In this document: in pieces, positions 9,656 to 19,238 of the stretch
How positions within the stretch are numbered: position 1 is the stretch's first letter
How the letters are laid out: each line of letters begins with the position of its first letter
IMG/VR virus record: IMGVR_UViG_3300035661_000011
Location: 1-64,000 of that record
Origin: a virus
Length of the DNA: 64,000 nucleotides
Reading direction: 5' to 3' (one strand)
The notes under the pieces: generated by a model
Seen by the model: the letters and a program-made list of their open reading frames with translations, nothing else
What the model was told of the DNA's origin: nothing
The model's database searches: none
Made by a program: the position numbers and the translations under genes

Positions 9656-10327
9656 ATGCAGTACATTAGTGAAACGTTATGCTTTAACTGGCCAGCATTA
9701 GTTGAACAGATAGTTATGAACTTCCGTAATAAATACAGACTAGTTGGAGGAAAAGAAGAATATGAAAGATTAACAGCGGCTATTCGTGACGCTGTGGTTA
9801 ATTTAATACGAATTGAAATTGAAGATGCAACAGGTGGCTCCCAAGGATTTAACCAAACTGGTTTTCTTAAAGAAAACGTATACGATGCTTTATTTGAACA
9901 CATTGGCATTAGTGTACGTGAAGGAGATACACTGTATAATTTTGTACATGAAATCTTTTATGACTATACAGACTTTTATTACACTATCATTGAGTTAAGT
10001 AACGCTATTGAAGAAAAAGGAATACACTCACTATGGAGAGTATCTGTTGTTTCTGAAAGGATTGATATACTTGAGATTGGTGACATTCGAATATTACAAT
10101 GGGAAACTTTAACGCATAGAAACGGTGTCTGGTGTGCGGACGTATACGAGGCTGCACGTAAAGCTTCCCAGTGGACGATAGATAGCATGGAAAACGAAGA
10201 GGTTATTGAAGACGTCAACGCTGCTTGTTTAGCACACCCGATGGTTAACCGTAACCCAAAAACTATTAAACCTAGCTGGGTGGCTGAAATGGACATACTT
10301 CGTCAATTAAGAAACAAAAGGTGGTGA
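9656..10327 (+). CDS. hypothetical protein (syntenic with the phiKZ gp47/48 region)
   Basis: 223 aa between phuZ and the DNA polymerase gene. Confidence 0.7.
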   Translation: MQYISETLCFNWPALVEQIVMNFRNKYRLVGGKEEYERLTAAIRDAVVNLIRIEIEDATGGSQGFNQTGFLKENVYDALFEHIGISVREGDTLYNFVHEIFYDYTDFYYTIIELSNAIEEKGIHSLWRVSVVSERIDILEIGDIRILQWETLTHRNGVWCADVYEAARKASQWTIDSMENEEVIEDVNAACLAHPMVNRNPKTIKPSWVAEMDILRQLRNKRW

Positions 10328-10328
10328 T

Positions 10329-10733
10329 ATGTTTTCGTGTAATTTTACACCAGAGGTTATTGAGGACGTCTATCTATTTGAATACAGTTCGCTATATAAC
10401 GTTTATAAATGTGTAGTGTTACCACACTGTAACTTGTCATGGTTTGGGTTTGATATAAAAAACTTACTAGGTAACCTCCTTATTGAAGCTTTACATATTC
10501 GTTCAGAGAGAACTATTAACATATCTAGTTTACACGAATATCTACCGTCAGATGTACTAACATGCTTCTTAAAAGAAATTGAACATTATGCTGATGGTGT
10601 CTCACGTATAGCACACGAAAACCTACGAAACTTAGGTGTAATAATAACACATTACACATTGGAAAACAACAACTTACTGGTTCACACTGTGAGCTATGTA
10701 TACAACGATAAAAAAGGAGTTCTATATGGCTGA
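10329..10733 (+). CDS. hypothetical protein
   Basis: 134 aa, tightly coupled to both neighbours. Confidence 0.7.
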   Translation: MFSCNFTPEVIEDVYLFEYSSLYNVYKCVVLPHCNLSWFGFDIKNLLGNLLIEALHIRSERTINISSLHEYLPSDVLTCFLKEIEHYADGVSRIAHENLRNLGVIITHYTLENNNLLVHTVSYVYNDKKGVLYG

Positions 10734-11148
10734 AACAGTTACATTAAACCAAGTGCAGTCTGGTGACGTTATTTCATTTACAACGTACGGTAGTAGTATT
10801 ATACCAAACGTAGTGAATGCTAAGGTGTTAGCGGTTGAAAGTGGCGATGGTTTAATAAACCCAACTCAAGCAGCGGTTAATGCCGCCAACATTTACCCAG
10901 CTATACCAAACCCACCGGGTATAGTCTTATCACGAGACTATACTAGTTACAGATACCTTAGGTTAAAACTATCTGACGGTTCTCAAGTTGAAATTGCAGA
11001 ACCGTGGATTAATCCAGTTAGCTTATCGCGTATGGTACGTTCGGTTGCCACAGTGGTCATACATGACTTTGACCCAACACAACAGCAAAATCTATTAAGC
11101 TACCTAGCAGCTAAAGGGTTTGTGAAAACAGAAATCTCAGTACAATAA
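10726..11148 (+). CDS. conserved phiKZ gp49-like protein
   Basis: SD AAGGAG before ATG 10726; directly upstream of the polymerase; motifs ANIYP, YxYL and PWI. Confidence 0.65.
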   Translation: MAETVTLNQVQSGDVISFTTYGSSIIPNVVNAKVLAVESGDGLINPTQAAVNAANIYPAIPNPPGIVLSRDYTSYRYLRLKLSDGSQVEIAEPWINPVSLSRMVRSVATVVIHDFDPTQQQNLLSYLAAKGFVKTEISVQ

Positions 11149-11203
11149 CCAAATATACAAATTGCCTATACTGTAATGGTATAGGCAATTTGCTGGAGTA
11201 TTT

Positions 11204-13480
11204 ATGTTACACAATCGAGATTTATTTATACAAGCGCCAGAATGTTACAATAGAAACTTAGATATCCTAGAGGAATCTATACAGACGTATGCTCATTTTT
11301 TTCACCTTAAGTCTGGTAAACCTATGGCAGACTGCATTGAGTACATACGTAAAAAAACATCAGCTGGTGAAAGGTTTGAATTAAAGCCAATTACACTCAT
11401 GGGTTTGCAACAAGATGAAAATGGTGATAGGGTAGTCGCGCATATAAACTTTCACAAATTTATAAATGCGACAAAACGAAATAGACATATACTCACACCG
11501 AATGTGGCATTATATTTTCATCCTGACGTTAAGCAATCGCCTCTGGTTAAATACATTAAAGGTAAAAAGAAAAAGCGTAAAACAGTTAAACGCGCTGGAC
11601 AGATTGCTGAGCAACTTGGTAACTATGAAGAGTTTGCGATTAACAATAACTTAGAGTACGCTATTAAGATTTTAACTAACAGTCTATCTGGTGCTCACGC
11701 ATCTAAATACAACCCACTATGGAACGAATCCGCACATAGTACACTCACTTCAATCTCTAGGGTGTTTGTATCGTATTCTAATGCCAGCACTGAACGTTTC
11801 CTTATGGGTAATAGACATTACTGGTCTAAGGATGTCGTGTTAGAAAATATTTTAACAATTACTCGTAACACAAACTACGTTGCGCTAAAACAAATCGTTG
11901 ATAAATATAATTTACACGTTCCAACTACTGACGAAGTAATGGAAATGATAGAACGGTCAACTACGTTCTACTGGTATAGTCAACAACAGCTACTGGATAT
12001 TAGACATCTAGTTAGTAAACTGAGTAGACTACAAATGGTAGCGTTTTTGTATACTGGTGATTTCTATAGCTTGTACACGTTAAATGATACTTTTGTAAGG
12101 GTGTTCTTAGATGACCTAATGACAGTTCGTAACGTTATCGACAACTATACAGATGTTAACTTAGACGATATTGTTGCAGGTACAAATACAGGTATTGCTT
12201 CATTGGCTTGTATCTACTGTATGGAGTTCTTAAAAGGCTCTATGGTAACTAAGGTAAAAGTTGAATCTCCAGAAAACTACAGAGTGTACGTTAATACGAT
12301 TTTACATATCGAGTTAACTCTGTTGAAATATGAAGATTTGTTAGTGACATTGTACCGTACTGAAAACTTACCCTCTTCAATATTTTCGTTTCCATCATCT
12401 ATCCGTAGAGCTGTTATTGGGTCAGATACCGATTCTGTAATGTATACTGTTCAACAACAAGTAATCTGGAAATACGGTAGATTAGAATTAGGACCTGATA
12501 CGCCTAAATTCTCAAATACAATATCGTTTCTTAACAACATGGTAGTTGACCACTGTTTAGTTGTTGTTGGTAAACAAATGGGAGTGGCTGATTCTGAGTT
12601 ACTTACATTAAGAATGAAGAATGAGTTTGAGTTCTACGTTTATATGCGTGCAAATAGAGCTAAACACTATGCAACATTAATGACATCTAAAGAGGGACTG
12701 GTATTTAGTAAACCTAGGTCTGAAATTAAAGGTGTTGGATTAAAAGATTCAAAGATACCAAAGTTTGTTATGAGTTCATTAGATGATGAACTTGTAAAGA
12801 TTATGACTCTCTTATCTAACGATGGTACAATTGAAGCGTTTCCGGTTATGCAAAGAATTGCTAACTTTGAACATTTGATTTATCAGTCTTTATTGAAAGG
12901 TGACATTACATATTTAGTCGGTGTGAATATAAACACAAAAGAGGGGTATAAAAACCCTATGTCGAGTAACTATTTACATTACAAATTGTGGACTGAAGTG
13001 TTTGCTCCAATATTTGGTAATATTTCAGAACCTCCATATCGTGCGGTTAAGGTTTCAACTGTAGTTGGTAAAAAGAAGTTATTTGCAGAATGGTTGGCTA
13101 CTGCTGAGAAACATATAGCAGAGCCTCTAATGGCGTGGATGGCAGAGAATAATAAAGATTGTTTTAAGCAGATACTACTTCCGTTAGAAATCGTCGCTGG
13201 TGGCGTTCCTAAGGAGTTTTTATCTATGTTAGATTTACGTAGTACAGTGGCAGACATATCGGCCGGATATTACATAGTCTTGGAAATGATGGGGTTCTAT
13301 TTTGATAACGTTCATAACACACAGCTAGTATCAGATAGAATGCCGTATCGTGAGGAGTTTGGTTTACCAGGCGGTAGAACGATCGAAAGCATTATTGGTG
13401 TCGGGATGGAAGTAGATGACGATGAAGAAGATGTCTTTGCTGAATTTACTGAAGTAGAAGAACTGGAAGAAGAAGACTAA
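11204..13480 (+). CDS. family B DNA polymerase, polymerase-domain subunit (phiKZ gp50-like)
   Basis: Motif B KILTNSLSG, motif C GSDTDS, KHYA and EIKGV. No exonuclease domain or motif A; these are encoded at 52486-54940. Confidence 0.92.
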   Translation: MLHNRDLFIQAPECYNRNLDILEESIQTYAHFFHLKSGKPMADCIEYIRKKTSAGERFELKPITLMGLQQDENGDRVVAHINFHKFINATKRNRHILTPNVALYFHPDVKQSPLVKYIKGKKKKRKTVKRAGQIAEQLGNYEEFAINNNLEYAIKILTNSLSGAHASKYNPLWNESAHSTLTSISRVFVSYSNASTERFLMGNRHYWSKDVVLENILTITRNTNYVALKQIVDKYNLHVPTTDEVMEMIERSTTFYWYSQQQLLDIRHLVSKLSRLQMVAFLYTGDFYSLYTLNDTFVRVFLDDLMTVRNVIDNYTDVNLDDIVAGTNTGIASLACIYCMEFLKGSMVTKVKVESPENYRVYVNTILHIELTLLKYEDLLVTLYRTENLPSSIFSFPSSIRRAVIGSDTDSVMYTVQQQVIWKYGRLELGPDTPKFSNTISFLNNMVVDHCLVVVGKQMGVADSELLTLRMKNEFEFYVYMRANRAKHYATLMTSKEGLVFSKPRSEIKGVGLKDSKIPKFVMSSLDDELVKIMTLLSNDGTIEAFPVMQRIANFEHLIYQSLLKGDITYLVGVNINTKEGYKNPMSSNYLHYKLWTEVFAPIFGNISEPPYRAVKVSTVVGKKKLFAEWLATAEKHIAEPLMAWMAENNKDCFKQILLPLEIVAGGVPKEFLSMLDLRSTVADISAGYYIVLEMMGFYFDNVHNTQLVSDRMPYREEFGLPGGRTIESIIGVGMEVDDDEEDVFAEFTEVEELEEED

Positions 13481-13785
13481 GTGATGATGACTGGGAAGAT
13501 TCTATTGAAGAAAGAGATTGGTATTTTCGATTACAACAAATTATTATGGGGTTACAAACATGGGAATAGTTAACAGAGAATACTTTTTAAACCCGTCTGT
13601 AAAAACACTGTAATTTAGTTTATCGTGTGTTTACAGAGTCGTTAGCTGTTATCTTAGAGTGTCAATTACGTCATTAGGGTTTTTCCTAATGACGTAACGA
13701 AATATAACTTTTTAAAACATTGGTGTAGGAGTTAGAAAGTGGTTGGCGTACGCATATTCGCCAGTCGAGATACCTTAATTCGTTT

Positions 13786-13829
13786 GTGATAGACACCCAC
13801 TGGTATTAATACCAGTGGGTGTCTATCAC
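13786..13829. terminator. 44-bp perfect palindrome between convergent genes
   Basis: gtgatagacacccactggtatt|aataccagtgggtgtctatcac. Confidence 0.8.
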
Positions 13830-14893
13830 TATATGTTTTCAAAGAACTCTTTTATTTTTTTGTACTTTACAAGTGTGGAATCTAACATTCCAGGGCTCAT
13901 GTGTGTAAGTCTACTATGGTCGTTTACAAACCTATCCACCTTGTGCAATATAGTTACTGCATTGGTTGTATTCCCTTTACTGTTATCCACCATAAAAGTT
14001 AATGGAAATGCCCAATTGACAAACGTATAGAACATTACCCAATACGTATAACTGTTTGATGAACCAATGCACATTGGCATTGCTGTTAAATAATCTGGAC
14101 TGTAGATTAACGGTATTTCAGAGAGTCCTTTAATGTAAGGTTTATTACTAGTCTTAATGCTCGAAATAATCGTTTTAAGCGGTTTTTCAATCACACCCTC
14201 ATAACCTATCACAAAACTTCTTTCGTGTCTCTCATAAGGCATAGGCTCACGATTTACGATATAATAGAGTCTGTTCCTAACTGCAATGTCGATGTACTCA
14301 TTCACTAACCCTGGAATCACCCATTTCATAATGAAATCCACTAAGTTATCCCTATCGGTTTCAGGTAGTAACATTTGTGCGTTATTCCACTGCTGTAATT
14401 GATACGCAAATAGTGGTAAGTCAATTCCAATAACTGAGAAGTTTCCATTGTCTTTGATATCTACACCTAGTGGTGCTATGAATATTTCCATAGATGTAAA
14501 CGGATGGTCTAAGACTCGTAAAGCTCTTATCTTATCCCAAGGTACATCTGTAAACTGATCGTCGAACGTAGTGGCTATTACGGCACTATTTTCGGTATAT
14601 ATGAACTTAGGGTGTAACTTACCAAATCCGTTACGATTAGTAATAGCTAATGGGTTACATATTTTATCTAACGAATTATCAACAGTTCCATATATATCGT
14701 TTAGTGCCATATACGGTGATAAAACATAACACAGTTTTATCAGGAGATGGTTACTTGATAATGTCCCACCTGACATTCGGTGTAATGAATTTTGGTAATC
14801 TACTCGTTCAGAGATTAAGTCCCTTAACCTTGGTAGCTGGCTGGAAACTAATGTTCCGGTATTCGCAATAGACCTCGTAAATAATCGGTACAT
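13829..14893 (-). CDS. conserved phiKZ gp52-like protein
   Basis: Convergent with the polymerase as in phiKZ-like genomes; SD AGGAGG favours ATG 14893. Confidence 0.6.
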   Translation of the reverse strand: MYRLFTRSIANTGTLVSSQLPRLRDLISERVDYQNSLHRMSGGTLSSNHLLIKLCYVLSPYMALNDIYGTVDNSLDKICNPLAITNRNGFGKLHPKFIYTENSAVIATTFDDQFTDVPWDKIRALRVLDHPFTSMEIFIAPLGVDIKDNGNFSVIGIDLPLFAYQLQQWNNAQMLLPETDRDNLVDFIMKWVIPGLVNEYIDIAVRNRLYYIVNREPMPYERHERSFVIGYEGVIEKPLKTIISSIKTSNKPYIKGLSEIPLIYSPDYLTAMPMCIGSSNSYTYWVMFYTFVNWAFPLTFMVDNSKGNTTNAVTILHKVDRFVNDHSRLTHMSPGMLDSTLVKYKKIKEFFENI

Positions 14894-14943
14894 AAACCCT
14901 CCTAATAATGACACAGGATTAGAAACTGAACTAAGTGTGAAGC

Positions 14944-14954
14944 ATATATCATCT
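14944..14954 (+). promoter_or_regulatory. ATATATCATCT promoter motif
   Basis: Motif followed by hairpin tgtaatc-ctaacta-gattaca. Confidence 0.7.
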
Positions 14955-15006
14955 GTGTGTAATCCTAACTAGATTACAATCGTTTATTTTACTAGGAGAT
15001 TAAATT

Positions 15007-15513
15007 ATGGCACATTACAAAGGTGAGCCAACACGTCCCAAGAAACAAGCTGTTAGAGTTACGTACACTGGATACGATATCTTCCTTTGGAAATCAGATA
15101 CTGATGAAGGAATGTATTATTACAACTCTTTAAACTTTAGATCACATTGTGAACTGTCTGCTAAAGTTGTAGCTAAGATTGCTTTAGCTTTAAGTCGGTT
15201 CCCTGAAAGATTCTCACTGGGTGTGCAGATTACATTTAAGTGTTACCCAAGGTTTGCCACTGGAACCGTTACACACGTGTACGACACTGTGGATTACATG
15301 GTTTGTAAAAATAGTGTCTTGGAAGATGGTAGTGAATGGAAGTCAATTCAAAGTTTACTAAATGGATGTTTAGATGAACAAAGTTTTGATAAGTTCGATA
15401 TCGTTAGAAAAGAATACAAAGGTGTCATTGGTAAACTAACTCCATTGACTAATCCATTATCTTTTACAAGACTTCGTGGTCATGAACCAAAGTCTTTATT
15501 TGTTACAATTTGA
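15007..15513 (+). CDS. hypothetical protein
   Basis: 168 aa, SD AGGAG. Confidence 0.75.
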   Translation: MAHYKGEPTRPKKQAVRVTYTGYDIFLWKSDTDEGMYYYNSLNFRSHCELSAKVVAKIALALSRFPERFSLGVQITFKCYPRFATGTVTHVYDTVDYMVCKNSVLEDGSEWKSIQSLLNGCLDEQSFDKFDIVRKEYKGVIGKLTPLTNPLSFTRLRGHEPKSLFVTI

Positions 15514-15644
15514 ATTTGATTCATTTGAATGTTTCCATTGTGTATTTATTTTTTTATTACCTTAACTATAGTGTGTAGTATCCTTTATAAACCCCCTGTA
15601 ACCCTAGTACCCTATCTGTCTAAACAATCTAAAATATCATAGTA

Positions 15645-16020
15645 ATATGGGGCGTAGCCCCCAAAGAAAATACTTAGTAATAACTATACAGATGCAGAAT
15701 CATTAGATTCTGCATCTGCTATTACGTTTGAGATTAGTTTAAGCTTGTAATCTAATAGTCAACACTCCTTCAGTGAAAGCATAGTCTTTCACTTACATTA
15801 GCAGTATTCCTTCAGTGTTCTTAAAGAAGGAATTACTTGTTACTATACGAATGCAACAAAGCATTCGTTAAAGTGATAACTGGTAAATGTAAATATTGAA
15901 TTAGAGAGTGTTAGGAGCTAACTTAACTATAGTTAGATTGGAAATAGTAAATGGTACAGTGGACACCTGTGTTAGTAGAAACACTGTTATATGACGAGTT
16001 GGGAAAATAGAGATATTTTC
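15645..16020. other. multi-hairpin non-coding element (candidate replication origin or ncRNA)
   Basis: Within a ~560-nt ORF-free gap holding about ten inverted repeats, several nested. Confidence 0.5.
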
Positions 16021-16074
16021 AAAGTAAGAATTGGTAGAAGAGAAATTTAATAAGTAATTTACTGGAGTAGTATT

Positions 16075-16458
16075 ATGACAAATATAAAGAACGATACACG
16101 ACTTACATTTAAATCATTTAATGATTTTTATAGAACGGTCAAGGTAGTGACTATGTACGATAACACATATCGTGGTGTGGTTATTAATGGAACTGGGACT
16201 TTGTTCTTTTCAGATGAAGAAAACTTTCATATTGAACTACTTAAGGATAAAGTTCTTAAGAGTAAACATTTAGTTGGAGTTAGATACTATTACGATACTG
16301 TTGATAAAGGTATTGAGAACACAGGTGTATTCATAATAGATTTAATGTCGGGGTTGTTTTTGGAAGATACTGGTAAGTGGGAATGTGTTTATGGTGTTGT
16401 TAGTGACAAATACGAATTGAGAGAGGATGGTAGTGTGATTAAAGTAATTAAAGGGTAG
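16075..16458 (+). CDS. hypothetical protein
   Basis: 127 aa, SD GGAG. Confidence 0.75.
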   Translation: MTNIKNDTRLTFKSFNDFYRTVKVVTMYDNTYRGVVINGTGTLFFSDEENFHIELLKDKVLKSKHLVGVRYYYDTVDKGIENTGVFIIDLMSGLFLEDTGKWECVYGVVSDKYELREDGSVIKVIKG

Positions 16459-16534
16459 TCGGTGCTGTAGAATAATATCGTTCAGTCAGCACGCTATTAG
16501 GGCTTAAAAACAAAACATTTAAAGAGGTATTACA

Positions 16535-17362
16535 ATGAATATTGAATTAGAAGAAAGACATCCAGACATTTCCAGTAAAGCAGTACCATCTAAACTTTGG
16601 ACTATTGCAAGACTCAGTAGTTCTACTGATCGTGGATACAGTGAGAAAGATGGTTTAAATCTATTTGATAGTTGGGATGCACACGGCTACTGTGGAAGAC
16701 AATGGACATATCCATATCAAATTGATTACTTGTGGGATAAACAAGATCCAGATGAAACTGATAGCATGAAAGACTTATTTAGAGATAAGTTATTTTACTT
16801 ATCAGATGGTAGATACGGTGCTACATTTAAAAAACAGTTATTTGACGATGAACAATCTGCAATAGAGTATCTAAAGCGCGAATACCTTGAAAAATATTTG
16901 GAGTTTGCTGATTCTTACATTAATGACCGTGAGGATACCTACGTAGATATGAAAAAGGTAGTGGATTTATTTGCATCATCAGAAGATTCAGAAACTGCAA
17001 CTACTGTAGCCGATATAGCAGAGTTGCCATATCTGCGATCTATTGATATATACGCGACAATTTACGGATATTTAATTTGTATTTCTTACAATATGAAGAT
17101 ACTCGAAATGGGTGTATCTTTATCAGTTGACCCATTACCATCGGGTGGAAGTACATTGCGGTTTTCATTCCAACACCAGCTTACTGAAGCGGATGAATTT
17201 GATGTAGATTTTTATACAGTGGAAGAACCTGGTATGGACTGTCTAAAAGCTGGGGTGTTTTATTACTATGAGCGAGATGGTGTGAATATAGCTGTTGTGA
17301 ATAATGGATTTGCACAAGCGCAGATACTTCAAAAACAACTTGTAACAAACAACCCAATTTAA
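16535..17362 (+). CDS. hypothetical protein
   Basis: 275 aa, SD GAGGT. Confidence 0.78.
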   Translation: MNIELEERHPDISSKAVPSKLWTIARLSSSTDRGYSEKDGLNLFDSWDAHGYCGRQWTYPYQIDYLWDKQDPDETDSMKDLFRDKLFYLSDGRYGATFKKQLFDDEQSAIEYLKREYLEKYLEFADSYINDREDTYVDMKKVVDLFASSEDSETATTVADIAELPYLRSIDIYATIYGYLICISYNMKILEMGVSLSVDPLPSGGSTLRFSFQHQLTEADEFDVDFYTVEEPGMDCLKAGVFYYYERDGVNIAVVNNGFAQAQILQKQLVTNNPI

Positions 17363-17376
17363 TTCGGAGAACTATT

Positions 17377-17556
17377 ATGTCATATGCATGGATTCTAATA
17401 GTAATTTTAAATAATTCTAGAGGTGACGATTATCGCTTCCAAGAATTTTCATCTAAGTCAGCATGTCTAAACGCTGAAGCTTATATTGTTAAAGAGGCTG
17501 TAGAAACACAGACTAAACCATCACATACAAAGTGTGTACCAAAAGGGGGTATATAG
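17377..17556 (+). CDS. small protein with hydrophobic N-terminus and two Cys (not in ORF track)
   Basis: SD GGAG; 59 aa MSYAWILIVIL...FQEFSSKSACLNA...KCVPKGGI*, a pattern common in small phage proteins. Confidence 0.7.
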   Translation: MSYAWILIVILNNSRGDDYRFQEFSSKSACLNAEAYIVKEAVETQTKPSHTKCVPKGGI

Positions 17557-17885
17557 TGGAGAACTTAGACAACTTACACAAGTGTTTATCTGAAAACGAT
17601 AAACGTAATCTAGGTGTTGAAATTAGAGATATATTATCTCGAGTACAAGGGGTAGGTTACAATGCTACACTCTTAACAATAGGTTATATACGTGCACTGG
17701 AAGATAGTGAATTAGATAACGGACTACGTTGGTTTTTTTATAACCGTCAAAGGTTCACTTTAGAAAATTTAGTTCGTGGAAGAAAATGTGCCCTTGGTAT
17801 GGTTAGTTACGGTGACTCACCGTTTAACTTCTTTCACTACAAAGATATCAACGTATTACATGAGTTGCGAAAATGTCACCGTTAG
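17556..17885 (+). CDS. hypothetical protein
   Basis: GTG overlapping the previous TAG, GGGGG upstream. Confidence 0.65.
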   Translation: MENLDNLHKCLSENDKRNLGVEIRDILSRVQGVGYNATLLTIGYIRALEDSELDNGLRWFFYNRQRFTLENLVRGRKCALGMVSYGDSPFNFFHYKDINVLHELRKCHR

Positions 17886-18043
17886 AAATACTTTATGAAG
17901 AGTTACAAGATCGTGAAATAGTGTTACTTGCCGATTACAAAGTTGGGACAATAACAAACCCAGAATACGATATACGATGTCATGAATTGGCACTGTGTAT
18001 TGTAAGAGTCCAACAATTATTACTTAAAGGTAAACGTGTATGA
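17873..18043 (+). CDS. 56-aa protein, paralogue of the N-terminus of the next gene (not in ORF track)
   Basis: MSPLEILYEELQDREIVLL...ELALCIVRVQQLLL; ATGA overlap with 18040. Confidence 0.7.
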   Translation: MSPLEILYEELQDREIVLLADYKVGTITNPEYDIRCHELALCIVRVQQLLLKGKRV

Positions 18044-18612
18044 GTAGTCTAATTGTTTTGTACGAAGAGTTGATGGAACGATGTACGTTTCTACTTAGCA
18101 CCATTCCAAGTAAATCTATCGCAGTAGACCACATTACTGCTGGTCAGGTAACCGAATTACAACTTGTTATAAGCCGAGTGATTGGATTACAGTTACAAGA
18201 ATGTGTTAACTCTACTATGAGTGAATGCGAACCACCTCCACCGGAACTATATCCGACAGAAGCAGTAATAGAGATAGAGCGGATTATGGGTAAATCAAAA
18301 GAGTTACAAACACCTAAACACAATGGGCCAGTTATGTTAGAAGAACCAGTTATTGACAAATATGAATCTAGACACGGCACCCATGTTGGAAACTGTGAAT
18401 GTTGTAACAGTCAAGTCTACGATAGTTTATGTGATGAAGAGTTTATTAAAGCTAACCCAAATCTTCCAGCTGAAAAATGGGATTATTGGGTGTATTGTAT
18501 CAATCCTAAATGTAAACACCACTATGGTGTAGGTTACGAAATACTAAACAACGATAATCGCAGATATGAAACTGGAGTAACAACTGACATGTATCCTTGG
18601 TGGGTGGAGTGA
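18040..18612 (+). CDS. hypothetical protein with Cys-rich putative Zn-binding C-domain
   Basis: CECC...CINPKCKHH. Confidence 0.7.
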   Translation: MSSLIVLYEELMERCTFLLSTIPSKSIAVDHITAGQVTELQLVISRVIGLQLQECVNSTMSECEPPPPELYPTEAVIEIERIMGKSKELQTPKHNGPVMLEEPVIDKYESRHGTHVGNCECCNSQVYDSLCDEEFIKANPNLPAEKWDYWVYCINPKCKHHYGVGYEILNNDNRRYETGVTTDMYPWWVE

Positions 18613-18875
18613 CTTTAATAGAAAAATTACGACAAATACATTTACATAAATTTATGCGGGATAACTTATCTGAGCGTGAGGTTGCTGAAGAAGAACTGTT
18701 TATAAAAGAACCACGTTTTTCCACGGTAGACTTTACTGCTGATGCAGATGAGTTTAGTACATTCAACAAATACGCTATATCGCAATGGTATTATGATTAC
18801 ATGTTAAATAGTAGAACTGGTCACTATTTACATATGTACCTAAAATCTGAAGAGTCCCAAAACTCGACTGGTTAA
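18597..18875 (+). CDS. hypothetical protein
   Basis: Overlaps the previous stop; followed by palindrome 18894-18925 and a T-run. Confidence 0.6.
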   Translation: MVGGVTLIEKLRQIHLHKFMRDNLSEREVAEEELFIKEPRFSTVDFTADADEFSTFNKYAISQWYYDYMLNSRTGHYLHMYLKSEESQNSTG

Positions 18876-19074
18876 AAAAACTATACTATCTAAGTAGTAG
18901 ACTCGTGAATTCATGAGTCTACTACCACTATTTTTTTTATTACTAAGTGAACATACCGTGTCAAATTGGGATACCGACTGTACACTTCCTGTTTCTGTAC
19001 AAGATAAACGCACCGTTAGACTGTATTGTCCCACCTGTGGTGTACTTGGTCAGTAACCCATCCATCTTTTAAAC

Positions 19075-19085
19075 ATATATTATCT
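19075..19085 (+). promoter_or_regulatory. ATATATTATCT promoter of the chimallin gene
   Basis: aaacATATATTATCTaa, followed by hairpin agtgagtta...taactcact. Confidence 0.75.
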
Positions 19086-19238
19086 AAGTGAGTTAGATAC
19101 AATTTAACTCACTGTTTTATATTTGGAGGTGTTAAATAAAAAAATATTACAGATATCAATAATCTGTAAAGGGTGTTACACTCACTTATCGAAAGGTAAG
19201 TGTATTTCATATTAATAATTTTTAGAGGTTAAAAAAAC

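Noticed and set aside
18913-19056. 47-aa ORF with a CPTC motif upstream of the chmA promoter
   Set aside because: It starts inside a terminator hairpin, crosses its T-run and has no SD; at most a remnant.
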